Positions 1-11,863 of a stretch of 64,000 nucleotides of DNA are shown here, piece after piece. Positions within the stretch are counted from its first letter, which is position 1. The number at the start of each line of letters is the position of its first letter. Under the pieces are notes generated by a model, which saw only the letters and a list, made by a program, of their open reading frames with translations, did no database searches and had not been told where the DNA came from. The stretch comes from Eremomyces bilateralis CBS 781.70 (Eukaryota), in the NCBI GenBank assembly GCA_010015585.1, contig ML975151.1; one strand, 5' to 3'. A program made the position numbers and the translations under genes.

Positions 1-251
1 AACTTCAAGGCCAGTAATACTGCCCGGATGCCATCGATCACTCCCATATTACTGGGCTTGGCTGCTTCTGCACATCGCTTGAGAAGCCTGCCTTTATAAA
101 TTTTCGATGCTGGAGGCGGAGACGTAGAGGTTGTGTCTACGGATGACCTTGGCCTACTTGAGACAAATGATTCTCATTGAAATTCCCGATATGGTTTCCG
201 CCCCCTTCTTGGCGTTAAATATATCTCCTGCGTGTGGCTAAAACGACTTTT

Positions 252-1125
252 CTACTTAAAAGAAAGCTTGATAGTGTCGGCTGGAATAAAGATTTGCTGC
301 AGGCCATGTCGATACTCAGTCATTTCCCTCTCTTTGTTTTGTGTGTATGCAGCAATCGTGCTCAATGTGTCCTCTCCCGGCAAATGTGTCGTGACGGAAC
401 AACCTCCCACAATGCATTCGGATACTGCATTTAACATCCCACAAATCTGTAGCCCTCTTGGATAGGTATGTGTGATGTACGTTAGCAGAGCCTCCATCAT
501 CCGATCAGTAAAACTAGTATCGTTCCTATCTAGGCGTTTAGTGCAAGAATTGAAAATAAGTCGAGGGAAGCACTTACATGGTAGTTGTTAAGCTCGCGCT
601 ACATATCAACAAGAGGCCTATTCCAAAATGATGGACCAGGATGGACCATTTCCTACCTATCTGTTTATGCTTTTGAAGAGAGTTTCGACGTTTTCTCCTG
701 GTCTTTGGATCATTCTGTATCTCCTGAGGATACATATCCTCCAGGATTTTATCGATCGCAACACTGGTAACATCCCGGCCAGGGGAACACAGGCTTAGCA
801 TATACGGATCGCTACGGCAGTCTTCATAAAATTGCTCCGAGTACTGGTAGAGAAGAAGCCTCGCCATTCGAAGTCGAACATGGTCGAAAACAGAGCGTTG
901 TTTAACGGTTTCGACGCTACGAAAAGCCCGGTAGAGCTTCTTACTCACTGGGCCAGTAGACGTAGGATCAGGAGCTATATCCTGGCACCAAAACTGTGTC
1001 CAAACATTGCTGCGATGGAACGAAAGAAAGCTTGCAGGATCCTCATGGATAAAGAAGTCAGCAGTTTTGATGACTCTTATTATTTTGTCGATGGTAAGAG
1101 ATTTGTCACCATGGTCTCCGTAAAA
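252..1125 (-). pseudogene. Hypothetical fungal protein, probably degenerate (at least 2 exons)
   Basis: The open frame from ~1125 runs into ORF 574..948 (...QKHKQIGRKWSILVHHFGIGLLL), followed by an intron-like gap and ORF 252..500. There is an in-frame TAA at ~1126-1128 upstream. No family recognised. Confidence 0.4.
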
Positions 1126-1611
1126 TTAAGGTTAGGGCGTTAAGAGCTCTAAGATACGGCGTGCCTGCACATGATGGTGTTGGTATGTTGCTGCACAATG
1201 GAGATCCACTGCTAAGCTGAGCTCGGCGAGGCAACATTCATCTCAGACTGATCAGCATTCTCTATCTCTTTCGGTTGCCCAGGGGCGGAGGGTAGTCCTG
1301 GGGATGGTGAAGGTGAAGAATTTGGAGCTGACAAAGTGACCAGATCCTGGCCTGAGTCCTGAGTGTTGCTCATAACTTGGTCCTGAAGATCCCATTACCA
1401 GTTATCAGCATTTACGGACAATAGAGAAGGATCTTCTAGTCTAGTAGAGATAATGGTGACGATACAATTGCTATTACAAGGCATCGAGTTAAAGAAATAT
1501 AAGTTAGCATGTAAAGGCTCGAGAAACAATCGTGGCATATTCTAGACACAGGCATCGGCTAAATTTAGCAATGTTCAAAATCAAGCTCATGCTAGACCCT
1601 CGAAACAAATC

Positions 1612-1643
1612 ACCCCTGTCTTCAGGGCCCTGAAGACAGGGGT
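1612..1643. repeat. Perfect 32-bp palindrome with no spacer
   Basis: ACCCCTGTCTTCAGGG|CCCTGAAGACAGGGGT; the arms are exact reverse complements. Confidence 0.95.
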
Positions 1644-2744
1644 AATGCAAGGCTCTAAAAGCGCATGGAAACAACACGTCGTCTTTGCCTGGAGCCCCTT
1701 TGGGCCACTGTACTGATGACGTCATGTATCTAACATTACAAGTACGATTCCTATCGTTTCATGCACTTCGGTGCTTAACCTCCCTCCCTGTGTGCCGGGC
1801 ACCCCTGCTTGCCGAGCAAAACCATTGGTACTTTGACTTCAATGCAAGCCAGACACTGCACAGATATCAATACTTCTATAGTTCAGTTTAAATATTGCGC
1901 TGTAGCTATCTATTAACATTCGAGACCTTCCTATCGCGAAAACTTACGTTGGCGTGGTCGCATTCGAGCCTGGTTTCCGGAGAGTCTCCCATCTTAGCAC
2001 TCGAGAATATCTTCACCACAGCACCACCATCGCACTTTTATTAATCCTAAAGCATGTAAGAAGCTCATATTCAAGCCTTAGAGTCCGAAAACAAAGTTAG
2101 AACTATTATTAATAAACGTGGCTGGTGTATCGCGCAAAATTACGAAAGTTCGCCACGCAAATCGGTACTTCCGATCACAACGATGGCCAGTCCTGGCTAC
2201 TGCGATACGATTATGCACGTGCTATACATATCATGATGTATTATTACTGAAGTAATCTGCTGTATTGTGTCGCACGTGATGTGCTAAAATGGTTGGGAGT
2301 GAGGTGCTATTGTTCCAGCAGCGAAGTTGTTGTATTGTTGTGTGTTCTTTTTATCTGAAAGTTGCGTTCAAGTTGCGTGTTCTTATGTCAATGCCTGGTC
2401 CCCTGGCCCTCCAGATATATGAGATTCGTGGCAAGTTTATTAATGCAGTTTGTAGCCTCGAGCTCCCTTAGATGAAACCTTGGTCTGCGACATATTGTTA
2501 TTGCCATGGTCGTGGCTGATTTCGCCTGTGGCTGCTGCAGTCTAACCACTCCTGGCACATCCAGAACTCCCTGCGTGCAGAAACGGGAACGCCGTCGCTA
2601 GCCGTTCTTCCTCAGAATCCCTCTAAGCCGCCTCACGAGAAGCGTTCTTTTCGAAATGCTACCCAACTTCAGTTTCTGATCTGTCGCTGACTGATCTGAC
2701 ATCCCAATAAATAGTAAACCCTCCGGTACTTGGTTAAATTGACG

Positions 2745-3960
2745 TCAGTCATCATCCTCGGCTGCGGGATCCTTAATAGGATATGTCGACGCCTGCCCTG
2801 TTTCAGGCCGTTTCGGCAGGTCCTCATAGAAGTCAGCAAGCATGTTCTCCGATACTCGCCGCGAAGGGTGATCTTTCGCCATAACTCTCCGCTTTAAAAT
2901 AACAACACGCTCTAGCAGCTGCACCGCTTTGACCTGTCCGTTTGCGTGATATGCTCTGGCGAGCTCGTGCTGCGACGCCAGTCGTGAGGGATGGTCTTCT
3001 GCGAGCACTTCCGCTTGCATCGCGACAACACGCTCCAGCAGCTCGACCGCCTCCTCGACCTGTCCGTTTGCTTGATATGCTCCGGCGAGCACCTCCCCAC
3101 CTTCAGACAGAGCTTGCTCTGCTCCGCTTTATCTTGGCATATCCCGTTCTCGTTTATGCGTGCCACATGGGGCAGATATTGTCTCCAGATCTCACGATTC
3201 GCGTAGTCGTCAGACGGAAAGACTTTCAAGAGGTGTTGCAGTGCCGCCCTGCTCGTGTCGGCTTCACGGCCTTTCCGACAATTCCATATTTTCGCCGACA
3301 TGGAAAAGCCTGTGCATGTCAAGCATCTTGCCGTCGTCCCTTCTCTCGAGAAACGAGTAAGAACAGGGCGTACCGAGAGCCCTGTCTATCGATACTTGCG
3401 AATCAGCAGCAGGTAGGATGGTACGTGGAATTGCCTTCCATTCAATGCACGAGATGAAGGTAAGAGGGTCTGCCGCCACTGTGTCGTGCTTGAGAATCTA
3501 GTTAAAACTGACTGTCCATGTCTTTGCCACCGCGTTCTTCGACGTTTTGTATCGTGAGTTGTCTGCAAATTCAATACTCATGATCTCGATGGCGTCCTGC
3601 CCCCAGCTCTTGAGCAGCTCATGATACTCTGCGATAGAGCTTCTGTTGGTGTTGATGTATGCGGCCACTTGAGTGATGGCCAAAGGGAGATACTCTAGCT
3701 CAATGAGCAGGTTTGTCATAAGCGTATTGTCGTTGGGCAAGCGTTTCGGATGTAACGGCTTCTTGAGCAAGTTCATCGTCTCTTGTATCTCCATCTTTTC
3801 GACTTCGATCATATCGCTACCTGCAACGAACTGCGCAACTTCATTGTACCGGGTTGTGAACAAAGTGGGGCCGCTGTTGCTCTCGGGCAAAAACTCCAAC
3901 AAGCCTTCCCCTTCCTCGAGACTGCGGAGGAGGTCCATGTCGTCGGCATTGTCAACAGTC
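2745..3960 (-). pseudogene. NB-ARC + TPR fungal NLR-like gene, 5'-truncated and disrupted
   Basis: Shows VDNADD (Walker B-like), LFTTR, LEYLPLAITQVAAYI, TWTVSF, MHRL, WRQYLPH and kinesin-light-chain-type TPRs (LAEDHPSRLASQHELARAY). There is a TAG at 3498-3500, frameshifts near 3290 and 3090, and no P-loop or N-terminal effector. Confidence 0.85.
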
Positions 3961-6182
3961 TGGGTTGATGTCAGCACGAACGGCGTTCCCAGAGCTAGGG
4001 TCGTTGAATGGCGCTTGATTGTCCGCCGGTTCCAATTTGTACGTTCTTGGCATTAGCAACTCTGGTGCTAGCAGTGGTCCGGAGGAAGGTCGCTGTTCTG
4101 GAGTACCGAAGATGTTGGCGGCGACCACATAAGAGTTGACGTCCAGCTTTGGGATATTAGTCATTAACCCTTGAGCGAGGTATCTGTAGCCAGTGGAATC
4201 AGTGCAGGTTGAGAGAAGCTCCTAGCTGTGGATGAGAAAGTGTCCTAAAGCTTGGCCTATCGGGGGTAGAACAACTCACAAGGACGGCTTCATGCAGAAC
4301 ACTCCGCTCGCCGAGTACGAGACCTTTTGCAAGTTTCTCAAGTTTAGCACAGCCTGCCAAGAGACGGCTTGTAATATGATAGCCTCTGTCTCGTTGTAGG
4401 TTCTCTAGGAATCGGACAAAGGAGGCCATATGTTTGACGCTCGTCAACGCGTAGTCATCTTCTGGATTCCTAATCACGGCTGAAAGCAGCGCGAGAGTCG
4501 CTGAAAACATGCTCTGTAGTGGTTCCCTTGGTAAGTTAACCACGGTGAACTACTGAAGAGGTCCTTTGCCTACCAAATCTCTACGAGCGGTAGAGTTTCC
4601 AGGCAGGGGGTCATGGCAAGAGTTGCTCGGGCAGCTCTAGCGCAATTGTCGGTGAAGAAGCCTAGACGATCCATAGCCGGCGATGGTAGGTGTTGCGCTA
4701 TATTACTAATTCGTATCTCTTCTGAATTATAGAGTTCTGCAGCGGCGCGGATCATGCCTACACAATCGTAGTACGCAAGATGCAGAGCGGTAACTGAACT
4801 GCTCAGGCTTGCCGGGTTTGGATGGAGATGGTATTCTGGTCGGACAGCCGGTGGCACAGCGTCCCGCCAAGCTGTTAGCTCATCCCGAAGCTGCGAGATT
4901 TCGTTAATCGTCGACATCCCTTGAACTCTATCGTACGTCCTGTTCAGCAAATGTCTGTGTACCCTCGACTCGATGATGGCCAGTTGGACCCTTAGCTTGA
5001 AGATCTTAATATTGTCCACCGCATGTGTAGAGTTGAGATCCCGAACTCCCCTAAGGAGATTCTCATCCGGTAGATGAACTTGAATGTTGTCCAGTTCGAG
5101 GGCAGGATGCTGTTTTGCTTTTATGCTTGAAGTCGTATCAAGTAGGAACGCTGTCCAAAATATACGACGCCGTTGCTCTGCCTCCGCGGGACTCAATTCT
5201 AGGTCAGGACTTTCCTTGTGAAACCCCAAGAGCTGTATCATCCTCATTGCCGAGGAGATGAGAAGTATCATAGTCCGTAAGTCCGCCGTTCTCTTCAAGA
5301 AGCATGCCATAACCAGTATCGCCTGGACAGCCAGAACATTAGGGCTTATTAGGATAATCTCAGCTTGGAGAAAATAGGCAGTTTTGAAAAAAGCCCACGA
5401 AAACTCCGATACTTTATGAAAGGATTTGTCCACTGCCCTGGATTGAGTTGTGATAGCAACGATGGCATTAGTACATGCCACCCACGCCGGGTTTTCGAGG
5501 GCCCTTTCGTCTGGCGTCTGGCGCTGACACAACATCCTAAGCGACTCAGGATGGAAGATAGGAATAGTCGCGTTTAGGTCCTCGAGGAAGAACTCAACCA
5601 TGCTAATTAATTCGCCTTTAGGTAACGTAGGCGCAAATAGGTTCCTGCGCGGGAGCATCTCAGACATCTTCTTTCTAAGATCTTGAACCTCACTTTCGGT
5701 AAAATGCGCTCCTGGAAAGTCAGGTGGAGGCTTTAGTAGAGTCGGAACGCTGTTTGAATCGGACAGCATTAGTGGACATGCGTTTGAGGTCGTTACGATC
5801 GGAGCTGTATAGTCTGTGATGGCTGACGATTGCGCGTTCCCGTTTCTTCCCGTGGCGGGTGTCGAAATCTGAGAAGACATCCCAATAGAATGTTCCTCAA
5901 GCGGTGACGTCTCTGCTTGATGGGCAGCGGAAGACTTGAGTAACTCCTCCATAGCCTCCATTCGCTCCTCTAGTGCACGTATATACTCTCTCCTACATCA
6001 GGAATCAGCTTCCCTTGTGTTTGGTTGCAAAACATGGAGCTAACTGACGTCTTGCCTTTTCCTCTTTTTCTTGCTTGTCCATAAGAGCATGTTGAACTTT
6101 GAGCGTCACAGGGCGAGCAAGTTGGCGTAGCAGCATCGCATCGAATTTTCTTGGCCTGACACTGTTCACATGCCTGTGCCAT
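3952..6182 (-). CDS. Zn(II)2Cys6 transcription factor with fungal-specific TF middle-homology domain (multi-exon)
   Basis: ATG at 6182 gives MAQACEQCQAKKIRCDAATPTCSPCDAQSSTC (six-Cys motif). ORF 4570..5961 contains QLLGFHK...EQRRRIFWTAFLLD. Downstream exons lie at ~4199-4543 and ~3952-4190. Confidence 0.9.
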
Positions 6183-6588
6183 GTTAGTAATAGGAACCGG
6201 GGTGTATCTTAAGTCGAGATCGAACCAGCAGAGTTTCACGTGGAGTTACAATACCTGTTTGACGCGACGTTTCTTCTGCCGAGACGCCTGGCCTCTTCCC
6301 AACTCCATGAGCGACGACAATACCGCGAGAGGCGGGCGGCTCAGTCTTCCCTTGGCATAAAAAAGAGTCAATCAGCAAGAATACAGTTGCGCTGCGTCTA
6401 GCAGAGGCAATAAGTATTGTACTTCAATACGCAGCAGAGAAAAGCGGTAGGTTTTATCGGTGGAGAGTTCCTTGCACACGGTTGACGTACTTTGCATTTG
6501 CCCGGAAGCAAACGGTCCGATATACCCTGTAGATGATGATACAACCTCCATCGATTGGCCCACTAGCCATCGGAACGCGATAGAAGGA

Positions 6589-8338
6589 GGCTGGTGAGAT
6601 TTTCCCACCAGGTTTTGAGATTTTCCCACCATTTGAGATTTTCCCACCAGCTCTTGTTTAGTGGAAATTAATCGCTCAACTGAGCCTAGTGCGTATTTCC
6701 ATATATCTTCTTCTGCAGACAACTTCAATGTTCAATCTGGTCTTTCTCTCACAATCTCCGCATGGAGGTGTTTCTTGCCAGAGATCAGGTTTTCGGGATA
6801 TCTTTGTTTTTCGGCGTTTTCCGGTTTCCTACCCGTGACCCCCATTTCTTGCTCGTATTTAGGTCTCAGCATCGACACTATAATACAGTTACAACCTCTC
6901 CTGTTGAAGGAATGCATAGGGTTTTGAAGGACCACCTTATGTCTTCAAGAGGCGACTTGCTACGTGTTGTTGGAAGGATTGAGCAGATGGTCAAGAGTTA
7001 ATACAACAAGTACAGGAAACAGATTGCTTCTTCTAAACACAGCATTAAATTTGAGCACAGACTGGAGTCAATGCCATTCCTACCTCCTGGCATTCATGAC
7101 ATCCTTACGCCAGCGGCAATTGAACGCATTAGACAACAGGATCTGCTGCGCCAGAAGGAGCAGAGACAACGTCGTAGGAGGCGTCCTTGTTCTGGCCTCT
7201 ATGAGAAGATAAACGGTCTTCCATGTCATCATACGCTACGAGATGTGATAAATTCTGGATCGACGTTACGACCAAATCACCTTTACGACGATCATTGGCG
7301 CTATCAACGTGAGCAAGGACGGTCAATAAGCCTCTCTCCAAGGCCATATCAATCTATCCTAGAGCCGCTTCCGGCTCAAACAAGAGGTGCGCCGAGGAAG
7401 AACGAGGCATCAACTCGTCGAGATCTATCAGCTTTTGAACGACGTGTACCGCCTTCTCTACCACAACCTCAAGGTCAATCACTTACTGAGGTCTTACGGC
7501 ACACAAACACCTCTGTCGCTGTGTCAATTCCTACATCTGCACTACCTACGAATGCTATAACTCGTCGAGATCCTTCGGGCTTTGAACGACGTGTGCCACC
7601 TTCTATCCCTCAATTTCAGCCTCCTCCTCAACCCCAGGGTCAAACACTTGCTGAGGTCTTGCGACACACAAACACAGCTGTTACCATATCAGTTCCTACA
7701 TCTGCACCAGCTACGAATCCTATAACTACTCCTCNNNNNNNNNNNNNNNNNNNNNNNNNNNNNNNNNNNNNNNNNNNNNNNNNNNNNNNNNNNNNNNNNN
7801 NNNNNNNNNNNNNNNNNNNNNNNNNNNNNNNNNNNNNNNNNNNNNNNNNNNNNNNNNNNNNNNNNNNNNNNNNNNNNNNNNNNNNNNNNNNNNNNNNNNN
7901 NNNNNNNNNNNNNNNNNNNNNNNNNNNNNNNNNNNNNNNNNNNNNNNNNNNNNNNNNNNNNNNNNNNNNNNNNNNNNNNNNNNNNNNNNNNNNNNNNNNN
8001 NNNNNNNNNNNNNNNNNNNNNNNNNNNNNNNNNNNNNNNNNNNNNNNNNNNNNNNNNNNNNNNNNNNNNNNNNNNNNNNNNNNNNNNNNNNNNNNNNNNN
8101 NNNNNNNNNNNNNNNNNNNNNNNNNNNNNNNNNNNNNNNNNNNNNNNNNNNNNNNNNNNNNNNNNNNNNNNNNNCTTCATAGGGAATAGATTGAAACATT
8201 GAAGTTGTTCGCAGAAGAAGATATAGGAAAATACGCGCTAGGCTCAGTTGAGCGATTAATTTCCACTAAACAAGAGCTGGTGGGAAAATCTCAAATGGTG
8301 GGAAAATCTCAAAACCTGGTGGGAAAATCTCACCAGCC
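6589..8338. mobile_element. Mutator-like (MULE) DNA transposon, internally deleted / non-autonomous
   Basis: About 150-bp terminal inverted repeats (GGCTGGTGAGATTTTCCCACCA... / ...TGGTGGGAAAATCTCACCAGCC), each with three TGAGATTTTCCCACCA subrepeats. The 9-bp TSD is ATAGAAGGA (6580-6588) / ATAGAAGAA (8339-8347). An assembly gap lies at 7735-8174. Confidence 0.9.
6860..7734 (+). pseudogene. C-terminal fragment of a MULE transposase
   Basis: HYNTVTTSPVEGMHRVLK and CSGLYEKINGLPCHH (SWIM-like) motifs typical of fungal MULE transposases, in one frame interrupted by a single TAA (6999-7001). The N-terminal and core region is missing. Confidence 0.75.
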
Positions 8339-8843
8339 ATAGAAGAATGCAGAGCACCCGCGGTTAACAGGACGTTGCCCGGAGCTTGCCGGCCACTCCG
8401 CCGACAGGCATTCGCGACCTGTGCTGATCAAGATGGCTGACAACACTGTCTCACTCGAACAAAACCTAATTACTTCAGAGCTTACCCCTGTATTCGGATG
8501 AATCATGCCATTTTGAATCCACAGGTGATGGCCTCAACCTCCATGATTCCTTTTATTGACAGGAGGCCTAGAGGTAGATGTGAGGAATTCGAATGCAACA
8601 CACCGCACTGGGCAAAAGTTGGGTCGTAATAAGCTATTCGGCAGAAACAAACTGTAGTACTAGCCAATCATAACGGGCAAGTCTTAGAAAGAAATCTGGC
8701 AAGAACGCTCAGTCTTGGAAGAGGATCAGGATCGCTGCGAAGGCTGCAAGGCACCAGCTTAGATCTGTGTGCTGTTGCGTTGACATTCCGACAACCGACA
8801 ACTAAAGCATTGTCTATGCCGTTCACTTCCACTCTCGTACCAG

Positions 8844-9700
8844 TCACTTACGGCTAGTGGTCCGATCACTAACAGCAGGAAGCTTGCCAACCCACTTCCC
8901 CTGCCCCTGCTCCACTGTATCAACTAGCCATCGCGCAAGTCCGCTGCGATTGGTCCAATACTTCCAGTCTTTGTCGCCCACATAGCCAACATAAGTTGAG
9001 TGCTCGCGATCCCTTTTCCAGCTGTCGGCATCGGACTCGCCAGGTATTGCAGTGATACGGAAGAGAGTCCAGTCTAGCCCTTGAGCCTCGTCACGGAAAA
9101 CCCGCGCGACATTTTGCATGCATTGATAGGCCCCCGGGGCGAGCAATTTAAAGATTCGTCGAATGAAGATATTCACGAGCAGATTAAAGTTGTCATTAGA
9201 CTCGGCCACGGACGGAGTGCACACTATAAGGGACAGTGTTAGTGACTTAACAGGGAGTCGGTCGCCAAAGAAGAAGCCACTATCCGAGAGTAGCTTAGAG
9301 TACGTACTAGCCAGAATTCGCTTAACGCCATGCTCCCGCATTAGCGGAAACATCAACGAATAGTAACCGGGATAAGGCATTGGGCTTCGCATGTCATTAG
9401 GACCGAGGAATGATACAATGATATAAGCTGTGGCAATGACTGCGCTCAAGGACGCGGTGTCCTCCATTGTACCTTGGACAACCTTAGAGAACGCATGTTA
9501 GTTGAACTGCACCCGCACTCTACTGTACAGCTACACGCACAACTTACTTCAAGTAAAGGATCGTCCTCTAAGTCCTGCGGTATCTTGGAAGGTGTCCGGA
9601 CATAAGCAATCGTTGCATGTTTGCGGTGTAGGAGCTCGCGAAGCAAGACGATTCCTGCCGGGCCCGTAGCGCCGAGGACGAGGACTTTATCACCAGCCAT
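8844..9700 (-). CDS. NAD(P)H-binding Rossmann-fold reductase (biliverdin reductase B / atypical SDR-like)
   Basis: MAGDKVLVLGATGPAG...IAYVRTPSK N-terminus and LDWTLFR motif; introns near 9483-9547 and 9222-9305. Confidence 0.85.
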
Positions 9701-9837
9701 TGCTTTGCGTGATGATCTGATAATGAGAGCAGATAAGGAGGACAAATATTTTTGTGGTTGACTAAACATCTATCCACACCAGATCTCCGGGAGCGTTTTA
9801 AGCAAAAGCCACCAGGCAGGCACACGGCTTTATAATC

Positions 9838-10104
9838 CGGATTCAAATTGGTTCCGGACCACTTGCCCAATCCAGCCTAGGTGGCCAGTGGGTTGAACCT
9901 CCACTCTGCCCCTCCCAGGAAAGTCAAGTGAGGCTGGTACCAGCAGTACTTTTTGGGCGTATAGTCAGCCTTCGGACGACTTGGACATGATGTCTTTGTT
10001 CTGGCGGACGTTCTAGATCCTGCCCCACTTATTACAAATTACAAAGGTAAAGGCTTACGGAACCAATTTGCATCCGTCCTCCAGGCGGAGCTATTTTGCA
10101 TCCG
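9838..10104. promoter_or_regulatory. Three CGG-N13-CCG inverted sites in a divergent promoter (candidate Zn2Cys6 binding sites)
   Basis: 9838-9856 CGGattcaaattggttCCG, 10058-10076 CGGaaccaatttgcatCCG, 10086-10104 CGGagctattttgcatCCG. Confidence 0.65.
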
Positions 10105-10230
10105 CCAACGACCTTACATATGTAAGCAGGTAGGGATCAATACTTATATTCCATTGACCCTTATGTGTCTCGATGCAAGAAATACCAACAACTTTAGCAC
10201 ATACTCGACATACCTGTTGCTCACTTCACA

Positions 10231-11279
10231 ATGCCTGTCGCTGCAGTTGCAGGAGGAACCGGCAAGCTCGGCCGCGCCATCGTTGATGGTATTAACGCTG
10301 CTGGCAAGTTCGAGGTCGTGATCCTCGCTCGTCAGGCAAGTAGCCACCATACATATTTTAGGATCTGCTGATTAACATCTGTCCTCTCTAGGCCGATGAT
10401 GAAAAAGCAGAGGAGATAGGTGCTCGCATTATTGCTGTAGACTACAGCAGCCCTGACGCAATTGCATCGGTGCTTGAGGGAAACAGTGTTGAAGTTGTCA
10501 TTTCGGCTCTGAGCAGTCAGTCACCACCTGAGCAAGAACTCAATCTGCTCAAGGGAGCGGACCAGTCGTTGGTGACCAAGCGATATATTCCAAGTATCTG
10601 GGGCATCCGCTACACTGAGGAGTACGTACCCGACCATGCACTCCCCAGTTTCCTGCAAAACACTGACAGCAAGCCTTGTAGGATAGCTTCATACTTTCCC
10701 CCGGCCGCCATCAAGCTGAGCTACATCAAGGCCCTGGAATCCACCTCCATCGAATGGACTGCTGTGATTAATGGGTATTTTCTAGACTACTATGGTGCAC
10801 CAAAGGTCAAGACGTACATGCCTTCCATGGCGCTCGTCGTTGATTTGGACAGCAACTTCGCAGCGATCCCTGGTTCCGGAGATGTGCCAGTTGTCTTCAC
10901 GCATACCTTCGATGTCGGTAAATTCGTTGCTGCCCTTCTAACTAAGGACATCTGGGAGAAGGAGTCTTACATCATTGGTGACAGAGTGACACTGAACGAG
11001 TTCGTTCGGTTTGCCGAGGAGGTTAAGAAGACAAAGTTCACCGTCGAGCACGATTCTATCGAAAAGTTGAAGACGGGCCAGATTACCGAATTACCGTCTC
11101 ACCCGCCATTCTATCCCTTCTTCCCCAAGCAAATGCTTCAAGGGATGTTCGCAGCTTTTGGCATCATGTTCGAGAACGGAGTTTTCGATTTGAAACCTAG
11201 TCGAACTCTGAACGATGACTTCCCCGACATCAAGCCTATGACAATCAGAGAGCTCATTTTGGAGGCTTACGGAGCTTAA
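10231..11279 (+). CDS. NmrA-like / isoflavone-reductase-family NAD(P)-binding protein
   Basis: MPVAAVAGGTGKLGRAIV, RYIPSIWG, NGYFLDYY and DVGKFV motifs. GC-AG intron 10336-10391 keeps the frame; a second intron lies at ~10624-10681. Confidence 0.9.
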
Positions 11280-11677
11280 GAATGGTGCACAGACTGTGGC
11301 AGATGAAGCGAGGTATCAAATCCAATCCTGCAGATCGATTACCGCCAGTTGTAGTTCAGAATGCATATTAAGCCAATGTTTTCTAGTTACTACGTTGCAA
11401 TAATTTCAACATAGACGCCTCTTGTTGCAGTTAAACCAGGGCTTGCTTGTCTCTGATCCGCCCGTCCCTTGTGACAATTTTGCATGATCGGAGATAAAGA
11501 GACTCAGCCACACTACGGTATAGCTCATTCCTTTAAAAACTGGTTGTCAGGGGGGCTTGCTAAACCCTAATATTATTTTACAAATATCTTCCAAATTCAG
11601 GCAACAACTGGCCTGCAGCTTCATACTGAGCTCAGGTCCATACCTCTTGGTCTGTCACTGGCTTCATTGGACACCCA

Positions 11678-11863
11678 TTGGTGACGCAACCCCGAAGTCC
11701 ACGATATCACACAGCGGGATTAAGCCCAGGCGGAGTGTGGATCACGTATAACTCAGAGAATGTCCTGTGGTTGCCCTCGGAATATCGGGCGTTGTGTTCA
11801 GCCGTGTCCACACCGACTGTCGGTATCGGTGTTGGATCTGGAAAGGTATGGATGGATGTGTAG
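11678..11863 (+). pseudogene. C-terminal relic of a NACHT-WD40 (HET-E-like) NLR gene
   Basis: WITYNSENVLWLPSEYR..CSAVS..TVGIGVGSGKVW matches the characteristic tail of fungal NACHT-WD40 proteins. No upstream domains are visible. Confidence 0.7.

Noticed and set aside
6593..6650. Three short spaced repeats resembling a CRISPR array
   Set aside because: They are subrepeats within a MULE TIR, mirrored at the other end, with no unique spacers, in eukaryotic DNA.
7689..8199. Long ORFs made of X residues
   Set aside because: They are artefacts of the N gap at 7735-8174.
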